Assembly (NCBI GenBank): GCA_045862955.1
Contig: BTVI01000012.1
Coordinates: 18,453-82,452 of the forward strand
Direction: 5' to 3'
DNA length: 64,000 bases
Origin: Fimbriimonadales bacterium
Lineage (GTDB): Bacteria; Armatimonadota; Fimbriimonadia; Fimbriimonadales; JABRVX01
Under the pieces are notes generated by a model, which was not told where the DNA came from, made no database searches, and worked only from the letters and a program-made list of their open reading frames with translations. The position numbers and the translations under genes were made by a program. This document shows positions 48,330 through 58,632 of the stretch, one piece after another. How positions within the stretch are numbered: position 1 is the stretch's first letter; each line of letters begins with the position of its first letter.

Positions 48330-48575
48330 GTCATGCTGAGCGTGTCGAAGCATGCGAGCGAGAGCGTCCACCTAACACCTCCACCCGATTGTCTGCGGCA
48401 GCCGGCGTCATGCTTCGACCCGCTCAGCATGACGATCTGCGCCAAACACCCGTGATGGTCTGTCTGCCAACACACGCAGCGATTATCCCTCGCCCCTGCG
48501 TGTGGGGAGGGATAGGAACTGCGAGCGGTACCGCGTGCTATCTTTGCCCCTCACCCCTGCGTGTGGGGAGGGATA
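48330..48575. repeat. REP cluster between convergent genes
   Basis: GTCATGCTGAGCGTGTCGAAGCATG (48330) with an inverted copy (48409-48433), plus 2x CCCTCRCCCCTGCGTGTGGGGAGGGATAG. Confidence 0.85.
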
Positions 48576-48590
48576 GTAGTAGGCAGCGCC

Positions 48591-49994
48591 CTATACCTCG
48601 ACGTGCTTCCACTTCCCTCGGTGGAAGACGTACATGGCCACGAAGGCACCGAGGAACGTAGCGATGGTCATGGACCACCACGCTGCGTCCGCACCGCCGT
48701 GCAATGGCAACGCCCACACGTAGGTTAGTGGCACTCGGAACACCCACATGGCGAAAATGGCCACCAGCATCGCGCGGAACGTGTCGCCCGCACCCTGAAG
48801 GGCCATCATCAATACCATGAGAAACGCGAGCGGGGGCTGAGAGATGGCGGCGATCTTCAGGTAGCTCATCGTACACTGCAAGACAGCAGGGTCGGACGTG
48901 AAAATGCGTGCGAATGGCTCGGCGAATACGAACATGGGGATTGCCATGAAGGTCATGATGGCGCAAGCCTGCGCGCCAGCGATCCATGCCAGCCGCTCGC
49001 CCTTCTCCGGCACTTTCGCCCCCAGCGATTGCCCGACGAGCGCGGCCGCGGCCATCGCATAGCCAAAACCCGGCATGAAGGCGATGCCTTCTATCACCAT
49101 GCCGATATTCAGCGTGGCTAGAGCGGCTTCTGCCTGCGGTGTGCGTGCCAAGATCCCCGTGAACACCGACATGCCCAGCGTGCGCGCGCTGGTCTGGATG
49201 GCAGTAGGATATGCGATGCGGACGATGCGAGCCACCCATTCCCAGTCGGGGATCAATCCCAAGTGAAGCCCACCTAACACCCGTCTCCGAAGAACAGGCA
49301 TATACAGGAACAGTGCCACCCAGACGGACACAGCGAAGCCCGTGGACGCGCCCGGCAGACCCAACCTCGGAGCTCCGAGGTGACCGAAGATCAGCACCCA
49401 CGACACCGCGATGTGAATCACCACCATGATGGACATCACATACATCGGCGCTCTCGTGTCGCCGATCGCCCGCAGCGACCCCGCAAGAACGTTGCCCACG
49501 AAGATTGCGGGGATCGCGAACAGCGTCGGGATTAGGTACTGCCGTGCAGCCGTCTGCGCCCCCGCGCCGACACTTCCCATCATCACCGCGATCAGCCAGT
49601 CGAGCAAGAGGAAGCCTGCTACGGACACGAGCAACCCTAGCATGACCGCCAGTCGCACGCACTGGTTCATCGCCTGCTTCGCGGTCGGCAAGTCGGACGC
49701 GCCATAGAACCGAGCAACGAGAGCGGTAGTAGCGCTGCCCAAAGCGAAAGCTAAGGACATCATAATGAACACGATCATCATGCCCACACCGCTGCCGGCG
49801 AGAGCGTCCGTTCCGAGCGCGCTGATGAACTTGCGGTCCACGAAGGTGTTGACCGTCTGCACCAGGTTCAGCACAATGACCGGCCAGGCCAGCTCCCAGA
49901 CCATGGAGGAGAGCGGCCGTTGCGACAAGACCAAGGGCTCGGAGCGGCTCGGCAGGTTCGCCCGATCCTCGAACGTAGAGGTGGTGGTGGCCAT
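48591..49994 (-). CDS. MATE family efflux transporter
   Basis: LAWP, LG..ALA, LRAIGDTRAPM, LGL.GA, GQSLGA, LQGAGDT, GKWK; about 12 TM. Confidence 0.93.
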   Translation of the reverse strand: MATTTSTFEDRANLPSRSEPLVLSQRPLSSMVWELAWPVIVLNLVQTVNTFVDRKFISALGTDALAGSGVGMMIVFIMMSLAFALGSATTALVARFYGASDLPTAKQAMNQCVRLAVMLGLLVSVAGFLLLDWLIAVMMGSVGAGAQTAARQYLIPTLFAIPAIFVGNVLAGSLRAIGDTRAPMYVMSIMVVIHIAVSWVLIFGHLGAPRLGLPGASTGFAVSVWVALFLYMPVLRRRVLGGLHLGLIPDWEWVARIVRIAYPTAIQTSARTLGMSVFTGILARTPQAEAALATLNIGMVIEGIAFMPGFGYAMAAAALVGQSLGAKVPEKGERLAWIAGAQACAIMTFMAIPMFVFAEPFARIFTSDPAVLQCTMSYLKIAAISQPPLAFLMVLMMALQGAGDTFRAMLVAIFAMWVFRVPLTYVWALPLHGGADAAWWSMTIATFLGAFVAMYVFHRGKWKHVEV

Positions 49995-50107
49995 CGGACA
50001 ATGCGAATAGTACCACGACTGCTGGCGGGCAGCCGGTAAGCCGGGTCAGCGCCCGGGCCAACCGGGACCCTGCGCTGGAAGCGAATAGCGCTGTGCCGCT
50101 CCGCCTT

Positions 50108-52579
50108 CTATGGCCGCGACGGCGTGTACTGGAGGTCCCCCTTTGGATCGGCGATGCGGAACGCCACTCCCCACGCGCCGTCTCCCTGCCCCGCCTTGAT
50201 CAACACCTCGTTCGTGCCTTTCTTGAGCCGGACCGGCACGGCGTACTTGTCCGCAAGCATGTGGTTTACACCGGGGACTGCCCAGACCAGCTCGCCGTTC
50301 ACCCACAGCTTGCCCGCGTCGTCCACGCTGACCAGTGCGGTGGCAGTGCGCTCGTCCGGACAGATGACATAGGTGTGCAAGTACGCCACACTGCGGGAGC
50401 TCGGCTTCACTATCTCGTGCAGCCACAGGGGCCCGTTCGCATCCTGGGTGCGCCAGCCGATTCGCTGATCCCCCGCCTGATAGGTAGCAGACAGATCCAC
50501 CTTCGATTCAGGGCCGAAGTCGGTGCTATAGCCAAAATCGGGGCCGGCCGGAAAACCACCTATCAGATTCCACTGCTTGGGGAAACTGCCGGCGCTCTGC
50601 ACCTTGTAGGCTCCTAGCCCCATGCCGTAACCGCTGCTCTTCTCGTTCTGACCTACCACTCGTAGTTCCAAAACGTGAGGTCCAGGCTGAAGGCTAATGG
50701 GCTCCGAGCGCAGGTGCATGTCGTGGAAGAAACGCTCGCCGTACAGGTCGAATCGCTGGCCCGTGGGCTGGCCGTCCACAACCAGCTCTACCACGCCGAA
50801 GTCCGGTCTGCGCATTGCCATGATCTCTATGATGTAGCGGTCCTCGATCTCGGTGCCGACGTCCCAGCGGAGGTATCCGCCCGGCGAGGGAGAGGTGAGA
50901 AGGAATCTCTCGGGCCCGTGGTAGCCTTCCGCGAGCTGCTGCAGAGGCACGAAGCGCGCATCCCCACCCCCTGCCTGGAGCCCGGCCTCGACGTCTAGCG
51001 ATGCCGCGAGTTGGTTGAAGTTGGTCATGTTCTCGTAGTTGGTAAGCACGGTTCCGGGGAAGCGCAGTGCCGTGGCCGCGGGGAGGTGGTAGGAGCGCAC
51101 ATGCTCCGGCGTGTCTTGATACCAATAGGTCACGATGGCGTAGTACGTGTCCGGCTTGTTGTTCGATTCACCGTGCTCGATCTCCACCTTCAGACTCCGC
51201 TGGAAGGGCACGAGGTCCGGTATGTGCATTCTGTACTGGCTCGTTCGCGCCTGGGGGTCGCCGATAACGGTGATACCATGGTAGGGCTTCACCACTGGAC
51301 CTTGGTTGTAGTACCAGCCGCAGTTGAAGTAATCCTCGGTCCCCGTGCCGTGGATACTCGGGCGAAGCTCACCGTCCACGGTGAACTTCTCGTCGCCCTC
51401 GAGGTAGGTGAGCCACCATGGGCTCTGCATGCTGAGCACCGTGCCGACGTAGTGCCCCCGCCCCGATGTTTCGAGCAGCGGAACGTGTTGTCCCTCGACT
51501 GTGTAGTGCTCCTTCCACTGCGCATGGAAGTAGGCTTGGTCGGACATCACCTGCCCGCGCTCCACCACGGCTTGCCATCCGAGTTCGACGTCCTCGGCGA
51601 GGCCGCTCTCTACCGTGATGCGGGCGTTTCTTCGGAAGGGCATAGGAAAGCGGATGTAGCAGTACTCGTCGGTGATACCGAAGGGCACTGCGGCATAGCG
51701 CATCGGGATGATGTGAGACCCAGGGTTCCAACCGGGTCGCACATCGCCATAGCCCGTACCTACCAGATCGCCGAGCGGGGCTTCGACCGCGGGTGTGGTG
51801 GCACCATCCCAATAGATGCGAACTACCACGCGGCGAAGGGCGTCCTCTTGGTTGCTATGTACCTTCATGCGGAGCACGCGCAGGGTGGCCGGACCGCGCA
51901 GGTCCGCGAGCTGGGTAATCCTACCGGACGGCAGCTCGATACGCTTGAGTGCCACCGGTGCCATCGCCCGCTCGACCGCTGCTAGGTCAGAGAGCTTGGC
52001 CTGCACCTCCGCCAGGGTCACGGTCTTGCCGTCGGGCTTGCTGGGCGAGAAGGTGGTGACCGGAGTGCCCGGATCGTACTTGTGGTAGGCGATGGCAAGG
52101 AACCCAGTCTGCTGTTCGGTGGCGATCACGCATCGCTTTGCAAACGGCATGGGAAGATAGCTGTACCACCCACCGCTCGACTTGCCAGTGATCGGTGACG
52201 CGAACGGCGGCACCTTGTCTTCGAACATAGCTCGAAACTCGCACTCTATGGCTGGCGTTGTGGAGTTGTCGAAGTAGAACTTCACCTTGCCCTCGGGCGG
52301 CATGGCACTCCAGATACGATAGATGCACCCCGGACCTTCCGCGTCGAAAATGACGTAGTCGCCGTTCTCGGCACGTCGCAGGTGCGTGTAGCGACCCGAG
52401 AAGCCGTCGTCGTTGCCGCCTGTCCGGTCGTAGCTGGAATGCTGAACACAGCGGAAGTCCCGCAGTAGCGAGAGATGCCCGATGTCCGCGAGTGCGTCCA
52501 GGCCGATGGGGGCTCTCGACTTACCGTCGTCTGTGCCGAGAGCGAGAAGCGCGAACAGAGCCAGAATGCCAGTCGCCAT
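50108..52579 (-). CDS. DUF2961/GH172 family secreted glycoside hydrolase with C-terminal beta-sandwich modules
   Basis: SSYDRTGGNDD, GPGCIYRIW, PMPF x2, RIYWDG...PAVEAPLGD, LEGDE, GTGTEDYFN.GWY, IEHG. Confidence 0.88.
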   Translation of the reverse strand: MATGILALFALLALGTDDGKSRAPIGLDALADIGHLSLLRDFRCVQHSSYDRTGGNDDGFSGRYTHLRRAENGDYVIFDAEGPGCIYRIWSAMPPEGKVKFYFDNSTTPAIECEFRAMFEDKVPPFASPITGKSSGGWYSYLPMPFAKRCVIATEQQTGFLAIAYHKYDPGTPVTTFSPSKPDGKTVTLAEVQAKLSDLAAVERAMAPVALKRIELPSGRITQLADLRGPATLRVLRMKVHSNQEDALRRVVVRIYWDGATTPAVEAPLGDLVGTGYGDVRPGWNPGSHIIPMRYAAVPFGITDEYCYIRFPMPFRRNARITVESGLAEDVELGWQAVVERGQVMSDQAYFHAQWKEHYTVEGQHVPLLETSGRGHYVGTVLSMQSPWWLTYLEGDEKFTVDGELRPSIHGTGTEDYFNCGWYYNQGPVVKPYHGITVIGDPQARTSQYRMHIPDLVPFQRSLKVEIEHGESNNKPDTYYAIVTYWYQDTPEHVRSYHLPAATALRFPGTVLTNYENMTNFNQLAASLDVEAGLQAGGGDARFVPLQQLAEGYHGPERFLLTSPSPGGYLRWDVGTEIEDRYIIEIMAMRRPDFGVVELVVDGQPTGQRFDLYGERFFHDMHLRSEPISLQPGPHVLELRVVGQNEKSSGYGMGLGAYKVQSAGSFPKQWNLIGGFPAGPDFGYSTDFGPESKVDLSATYQAGDQRIGWRTQDANGPLWLHEIVKPSSRSVAYLHTYVICPDERTATALVSVDDAGKLWVNGELVWAVPGVNHMLADKYAVPVRLKKGTNEVLIKAGQGDGAWGVAFRIADPKGDLQYTPSRP

Positions 52580-52773
52580 GCTTCGAACCTCCCCAATGCC
52601 GAGCGATGCTCGGCCGGATAGGCTCGGGGGTTCCACTCGGCCTTCCTTCCTTCCTGCACGAGTGCGGTTCTGGAACCGTGAAGCCTCCCGAGAGGTTCCC
52701 AGTTACGAGGGCGCCATGAGCGCGTCTGACCCGTTGAGAGGCGGACCGGGCCGTCTGTGCGAGTTCGGAAAGG

Positions 52774-54924
52774 ATGAAGGCCATGATCTATCGGTTTTTC
52801 GGAGTCCTCGCGGCCACGGTCGCATTCGCCACGGTGTGGTCGAGCATAGACCTCGGTGTTCGGTGCATCAGCCGCAGCCCGCTCTACTGGCGCTACAACG
52901 TGCAGTACGACGGACAGAATCTGCCGTACCTCGCGCCGACGCATGGCGGACAAGACCCCAACTTGGACCAGCACTGGCCGAATCCTGGCGAGACCGTCAC
53001 CTTCACGGCCCACGTGCGCAATCATGGCGATCAGGCAGTGAGCGGTTTCGAGTATCGCTGGCTGATTGACGGGCAAGCCCAGGGGTCGGTGCAGACCTAC
53101 TCTGGCACAGTCAGCCCCGGACAGACGGTTACGGTGATCTTTCAGTGGACGTGGCCAGCTAACTTGGACGACCACACCGTGACCATCATCGTGGACCCGA
53201 ACTCCCTCATCGCAGACGCCTACCGGCAGAACAACACCTATACCGACCACACCAATGCGCTGAGCTACAGCATCTGGGTGGAGCAGGGGTTGTACGAGCG
53301 GTTCGCGTTCAAGACCAACGGCTTCGGGACCAAAGGGTTCGACGACTGGATTCGGTGGCAGTTCGACGCGCTGCGTGACATGTTCTCACGGTCGGTGTAC
53401 CCCGCGGTCGCGCCGAACGGAGTGCTGGAGCGTGTGCGGATCGAAGAGATCAACGTGATGCCCTTCGATCCGAACAACCTGAACAACTGGCAGTCCATCA
53501 TGGCGGCAGACCCGCACATTTACCTGAACGACGGGCGCTGGCAGTTCGTGTCCGCAGCGAGCACCCTGGCCCAGAAGCAGACCGAATGGCAGCAATACGT
53601 GGACACCTTCGCAACTACCATTGATTGGGGCCTGGTCCACGAGCTGATGCACCAGCTGGGCGTGATCGACGAGTATCGCTTGAACCTGGACCAGGCGTCG
53701 AATCTGGTCACCTGGGCTGACGGCTCTCGGGTGAACACGCAGCACTACTTCCACAACGGGGGACTAATGGGTGGCGGGTACGTGCTACCGGGCTACGACG
53801 GCACCTATCTCGATTCGCGCTCGGCAGGGTTTTTGAACCGAAACTTGCACTACCGACGCGGGTTCTACGGGGAGTACCTGTGGGACATCCCGGACATGAA
53901 CTATGGAGTGGTGTACGATGTGAGGGGCGCACCGATGGCAGGCGTGCAGGTATCGGCGTACCAGAAGAGTTCCACGAACGAACGGATCAACAACACCCCT
54001 GTGTTCACTGCCACCACCGATGCGAGCGGCCGGTTTCTCATGCCGAATCGTAGTACCACGGGCAGAACGACTGCGACGGGTCACACACTGAAGAACAATC
54101 CCTTCGCGCGCATTCATGTGGTGGGTATCAATAGTACGATGCTGCTGAAGTTCGCCAAGAACGGGCAAGAGGACGTGCGGTGGTTCGAGACGTATCAGCC
54201 CAACATTGCCTATTGGTCGGGAAATACCGCCAGCGCGGAGTACCCATTCTACACTCAGCTCATCCCGACGTTCGGCCGTGCGCGCATCGGTACCGGTAAC
54301 GTCGCGCTGAACAAGCCTGCCACTGCCAGCAGCAGCTCGTCGCAGGCATACTTCGGCAATGATGGAGACAAGGCAGACCCCGCCCGCTCGTGGGCCCCGT
54401 CACCGCCGTCGGCCGGCCAGTGGTGGCAGGTAGACCTGGAGCAGCCACGTTGGATCGCACGTGTGAAGGTGTTCCCGTGGGCCACGAACTGGCACGACTG
54501 GTACACGGCGTTCCACCTGGAGGCGTCCATGACCGGGGCGTTTGCTGGCGAGCAGAAGGCGATTCCGCTGGAGGAGTATTGGGACGAGACGCGCGGTATG
54601 GCCGACTACGAGGTGCAACGTCTGAGCGGTATGGTGGATCAGGTGTGGTACACCTTCGCGCCGGTTCGCGGTAGGTACTTCCGCATCGTCAGTGATGTCT
54701 ACCAGAACTGGGTTCGATTGCAGGAAGCGGAGTTCTACGAGATGACGAGCTATCCGGAGGGCGACGTGAACGGCGACGGTGTGGTGGATATGCTGGACCT
54801 GAATGCCGTGCTGTTAGCATTCGGCGCTACCGGCACGGGGCTGCCAGCGGATGCGAATGGAGACGGCGTCGTGGACCTGAACGACCTGCAGATCGTTTTG
54901 CTGCAGTTCTCCATGGGCTCGTGA
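52774..54924 (+). CDS. Secreted modular protein: CARDB + zinc metallopeptidase-like + discoidin (F5/8C) + dockerin-like
   Basis: G.TVTFTAHVRN.G, HELMHQLGVIDEY, NVALNKPATASS..WWQVDL, GDVNGDGVVD/DANGDGVVD. Confidence 0.85.
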   Translation: MKAMIYRFFGVLAATVAFATVWSSIDLGVRCISRSPLYWRYNVQYDGQNLPYLAPTHGGQDPNLDQHWPNPGETVTFTAHVRNHGDQAVSGFEYRWLIDGQAQGSVQTYSGTVSPGQTVTVIFQWTWPANLDDHTVTIIVDPNSLIADAYRQNNTYTDHTNALSYSIWVEQGLYERFAFKTNGFGTKGFDDWIRWQFDALRDMFSRSVYPAVAPNGVLERVRIEEINVMPFDPNNLNNWQSIMAADPHIYLNDGRWQFVSAASTLAQKQTEWQQYVDTFATTIDWGLVHELMHQLGVIDEYRLNLDQASNLVTWADGSRVNTQHYFHNGGLMGGGYVLPGYDGTYLDSRSAGFLNRNLHYRRGFYGEYLWDIPDMNYGVVYDVRGAPMAGVQVSAYQKSSTNERINNTPVFTATTDASGRFLMPNRSTTGRTTATGHTLKNNPFARIHVVGINSTMLLKFAKNGQEDVRWFETYQPNIAYWSGNTASAEYPFYTQLIPTFGRARIGTGNVALNKPATASSSSSQAYFGNDGDKADPARSWAPSPPSAGQWWQVDLEQPRWIARVKVFPWATNWHDWYTAFHLEASMTGAFAGEQKAIPLEEYWDETRGMADYEVQRLSGMVDQVWYTFAPVRGRYFRIVSDVYQNWVRLQEAEFYEMTSYPEGDVNGDGVVDMLDLNAVLLAFGATGTGLPADANGDGVVDLNDLQIVLLQFSMGS

Positions 54925-55032
54925 GACCGTAGCGAAGCTGCAACGACTATCGTGAAGCCGGCCTTCGGCGCCGCTTTCAGCGCTTGCCGCTGTGCGGAAG
55001 CACGCGGTATCCTAACCGCGGAGGTATCGCCG

Positions 55033-57357
55033 ATGCTCACCTCGCTTCTGATCGCGGGCCTCGCGCTAACCGCAGCATCCTTAGCAAGCGCCGACGACAA
55101 GGAGACCGTTCCCATGAAACTCCACGAATTCGACCTGAAGGATGTGCGTCTGCTGGACGGTCCGTGCAAAACCGCAGTCGAGACGAACCGCAAGTACATC
55201 CTGTCTCTCAACCCCGATAGTCTGTTGTTCAACTTCCGCACCACGGCGGGACTGCCTGCTCCGGGCAGACCGTATGCCGGATGGGAGGCGCCCGAAATCG
55301 AAGTGAGGGGACATTTCGTCGGTCACTACCTCTCTGCCTGCGCCATGCTCTACGCTGCGCTAGGCGATGAGCAGTGCAAACAGCGCGGAGACTTCCTGGT
55401 TGCTGAGATGGCGAAGTGCCAAGCGGCTCATGGCAATGGTTACCTATCGGCGTTCCCCGAGAGCTTCTGGGATCGTCTGGAGGGATTGGAGCGCCCACCG
55501 TGGGCACCTTACTACGTGATCCACAAGATCATGGCAGGCATGTATGACATGTATCGGTTGTGCGGGAACACGCAGGCCCTAGAAGTGCTGAAGGGAATGG
55601 CGGACTACTTCGCGCGAAGGTCGGAGCGCATCTCCGATGCCCACTGGGACCGCATCCTGAACGTGGAGTACGGCGGCATGTCCGAAGTGCTGCACAACCT
55701 GTACTCCGTGACGAAGGACCCGAAGCACCTGAAGCTTGCACACCGATTCGATAAGGCAGCCTTTCTCGGGCCGCTAGCGCTAGAGCACGACAACCTGAGT
55801 GGGCTGCACGGAAACACCCACATCCCCATCGTGATTGGCGCGGCCAGGCACTACGAGCTGACGGGTGACGAGCGCTATCGAACCGCTGCCACGTACTTCT
55901 GGAAGCAGGTGGCAGAGGCGAGGTCCTACGCGACGGGCGGAAGTACCGAGGGCGAGGTGTGGCCCGAACCTTACGAGTTGGCAGGAACCTTCGCCCACCA
56001 CAACCACGAGACCTGCAAGACTTACAACATGTTACGCCTAACACGGTATCTGTACCGCTGGACAGCCGAGCCGAAGTACGCGGAGTTCTATGAGCGGGCA
56101 TTCTTCAACGGCATTCTCGGTACGCAGCAGCCGGAGACTGGCCAGCTCATGTACTACGTGCCGATGGCCACCGGATACCGACGGCTCTTCGGAACGGCGG
56201 ACAGCGCGTTCTGGTGCTGTTACGGAACGGGTGTGGAGAACTGGGCGAAGACCGCAGAGGGCATCTACTACTACGACGATGATGGTATCACGGTCTGCCT
56301 ATTCATACCTTCCCTGGTGGAGTGGAGGCAGAAAGGCGTACGGCTGGAACAGCACACCGCTTTCCCGGATGACCCGAGCACGAAGTTGACCGTGCGCTGT
56401 GGGAAGCCCACCGAGTTCACTGTGCGGATGCGAGTACCGCTCTGGTGCACGCAGGGTTATGTGGTCAAGGTGAACGGAGCGCCGGTCGGAGCCGATGCCA
56501 TCTCCGAGGGGTACGCGACACTGCGACGTGTGTGGTCGGACGGTGATACCATCGAGGCGGTGATGCCGATGGCTCTTCGCGCGATGCCGCTGCCAGACGA
56601 TGCCAACATGGTAACCGTTCTTTATGGGCCTATCGTTCTGGCAGGAGTGCTGAAGGAGACGCTACCTGAGAAGCCCTCGCAGAACAGTGGCAACATGCAC
56701 GGCTTTGCCCCACCCGTGCCATTCGACGGGTATTTCCTGGGCGACCCTACCAAACCTTCTGAGTGGCTGAGGCCTGTCCCGGGTGCGCCGCTCGAGTACG
56801 AGACGGTGGGACAGGAGCACAGCATCCGTTTCCGGCCCTTCTACAAGGTAGTAGAGGAGCCCTACGGCATCTATTGGCGCGTGGTGCAGAAAGGTAGCCC
56901 GCAGCACCAGGAGATACTGGACCGCGAGGCCGAGATGAAGGCGCTCGAGGCGCGAGTCGTGGACGAGGTATTGATAGGCAACAGCGAGTCGGAGCGCGCA
57001 CACGACCTGCAAGGAGAGCGAACTGCCAGCGGTACCTATCAGGGCAAGGTCTGGCGTCACACCGATTCGTGGTTCTCGTACTCACTGGAGACGAAGGGGC
57101 GGACCGACCTCGTACTGCTATGCACCTATTGGGGTGGGGAGCGTGGCAATCGACGATTCGACATCCTAGTGGAAGACAAGGTGATAGCGAGTCCGTCGCT
57201 CGGCCAGCAGGCTCCCGGCAAGTTCTACGACGTGGAGTATGTCATCCCGCCCGAGCTCCTGCAGGGTCGTGAGAAGGTGAAAATCGAGTTTCGGGCGAAA
57301 CCCGACAACACCGCGGGCGGCATCTTCCGCTGCGCACTGCTACGTCCCAAGGGCTAA
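55033..57357 (+). CDS. GH127/GH146-type beta-L-arabinofuranosidase-like protein
   Basis: RGHFVGHYLSA, GYLSAFPE, WAPYY..HKI.AG, EYGGM, LHGNTHIP, ETCKTYNML, FWCCYGTG.E. Confidence 0.92.
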   Translation: MLTSLLIAGLALTAASLASADDKETVPMKLHEFDLKDVRLLDGPCKTAVETNRKYILSLNPDSLLFNFRTTAGLPAPGRPYAGWEAPEIEVRGHFVGHYLSACAMLYAALGDEQCKQRGDFLVAEMAKCQAAHGNGYLSAFPESFWDRLEGLERPPWAPYYVIHKIMAGMYDMYRLCGNTQALEVLKGMADYFARRSERISDAHWDRILNVEYGGMSEVLHNLYSVTKDPKHLKLAHRFDKAAFLGPLALEHDNLSGLHGNTHIPIVIGAARHYELTGDERYRTAATYFWKQVAEARSYATGGSTEGEVWPEPYELAGTFAHHNHETCKTYNMLRLTRYLYRWTAEPKYAEFYERAFFNGILGTQQPETGQLMYYVPMATGYRRLFGTADSAFWCCYGTGVENWAKTAEGIYYYDDDGITVCLFIPSLVEWRQKGVRLEQHTAFPDDPSTKLTVRCGKPTEFTVRMRVPLWCTQGYVVKVNGAPVGADAISEGYATLRRVWSDGDTIEAVMPMALRAMPLPDDANMVTVLYGPIVLAGVLKETLPEKPSQNSGNMHGFAPPVPFDGYFLGDPTKPSEWLRPVPGAPLEYETVGQEHSIRFRPFYKVVEEPYGIYWRVVQKGSPQHQEILDREAEMKALEARVVDEVLIGNSESERAHDLQGERTASGTYQGKVWRHTDSWFSYSLETKGRTDLVLLCTYWGGERGNRRFDILVEDKVIASPSLGQQAPGKFYDVEYVIPPELLQGREKVKIEFRAKPDNTAGGIFRCALLRPKG

Positions 57358-58632
57358 GTTGTCCTCGGGCCGCGACCGCGTCATCAAGGAGCTTGTCTGA
57401 AGCAGTTCGTAGAATGTGGGTGATTGCTCCAGCAGTAGCACCTCTTGCACGCACCAAGGTGTGAGCGGACTACCTGCACGGACCCATTGCACCAGCTCGT
57501 CCCAAGGCATCCAGCGAAAGTCGGCGACCTCCTCTGGCAGCGGATTGGGCTCTTGATCCGTAAAGCCGACCAATACGGGGCAGACCTCGTTTTCTACGAT
57601 GCCATTCAACTCGGCCCTGTAACGGAAGTTTGGCAGCACAACCCTCAAGTCCATCTCGTTTATCCCGAGCTCGATGGCGGTGCGCCTGCGCACGGCGTCT
57701 TCTAGCGACTCTTCCGGAAGGAGATGGCCACAGCAACTATTCGACCAGTGCAGCGGCCAGGTCAGCTTCTGTCCACTACGTTGCTGCAACAGAACCCTAC
57801 CCCGTCGGTCGAAGAGGAACAACGAAAAAGCGAGGTGAAGGGGAGTGGACGATGTGTGTACTTCTGACTTCGGGGCCGTTCGCACGGTACGTCCATGGTC
57901 ATCTACTACTACCACGTGCTCCTCCGCTTCTCTTCGATAATTCGAGAACGGATACGAAACCACGGAGGCCAGACGGAACAACCCGAAGGTGAAGAAAGCA
58001 GAGAGAAGGAGGTACTTGGCGAGCATGGTTAGCACACCATACTCACGGAACCGTCGGTCAGAGACCTGCAATCGTGTGCTAAGGCACCCGAACCTGCACG
58101 AACGCGCTACGCGACGGATGAACTCGGCGTCGTCATACACGAGGTCGCTCCGAATGCCACCACACCGCAATGCGTGCGACCTCTCGACGAAGATACAGCT
58201 ACCTGCACCAGAAGGCAAAACACCGGACAGCAGCGAGAAAAGGCCGTTAAACATCCAGTAAACCGCGCGGATCCCCGGGCTCGTAGCACCTGGATCGTAC
58301 TTTGGACACGCGGCCTGCAGCTTCCTGGCACGCATCTCGGCGACGCTCTCCTCGAGAAAGGTTGGGCTCGGTCGAGTGTCCGCATCCAGAAATACTACCA
58401 TTTCGCCAGTGGCCTCGCGCAGGCCCAGATTCCGTTGAGCTCCCACGGGCGGCTCGGCATTTACAATCCTCACTTCTCGAAAGCTAGCGGCAATTCGGAC
58501 CGTAGAATCTCCAGAGCCTGCGTCCACGACTAGTATTTCCTTGGGTGGCAGCGTCTGGCGCCTCAGAGCAAGGAGCAGAGCAGCGATGCGCATCTCCTCG
58601 TTCAGAGTCGGGATCACGACAGAGATATTCAT
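57340..58632 (-). CDS. idi: Fusion of a family 2 glycosyltransferase and a type 1 isopentenyl-diphosphate isomerase
   Basis: ISVVIPTLNEE, VVDAGS.D, FLDAD, S.RRF; then LHLAFS.F.F, LLQQRS..K..WP..WSNSCCGH, ENEVCPV, TPW. Confidence 0.9.
   Translation of the reverse strand: MNISVVIPTLNEEMRIAALLLALRRQTLPPKEILVVDAGSGDSTVRIAASFREVRIVNAEPPVGAQRNLGLREATGEMVVFLDADTRPSPTFLEESVAEMRARKLQAACPKYDPGATSPGIRAVYWMFNGLFSLLSGVLPSGAGSCIFVERSHALRCGGIRSDLVYDDAEFIRRVARSCRFGCLSTRLQVSDRRFREYGVLTMLAKYLLLSAFFTFGLFRLASVVSYPFSNYRREAEEHVVVVDDHGRTVRTAPKSEVHTSSTPLHLAFSLFLFDRRGRVLLQQRSGQKLTWPLHWSNSCCGHLLPEESLEDAVRRRTAIELGINEMDLRVVLPNFRYRAELNGIVENEVCPVLVGFTDQEPNPLPEEVADFRWMPWDELVQWVRAGSPLTPWCVQEVLLLEQSPTFYELLQTSSLMTRSRPEDNLALGT

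Noticed and set aside
52660..52770. Possible c-di-GMP-II-like riboswitch (GGAACCGTGAAG...GGGCGCCATG) upstream of the secreted peptidase
   Set aside because: Only a partial resemblance; the 3' consensus and pseudoknot could not be identified by eye, so an Rfam scan is needed
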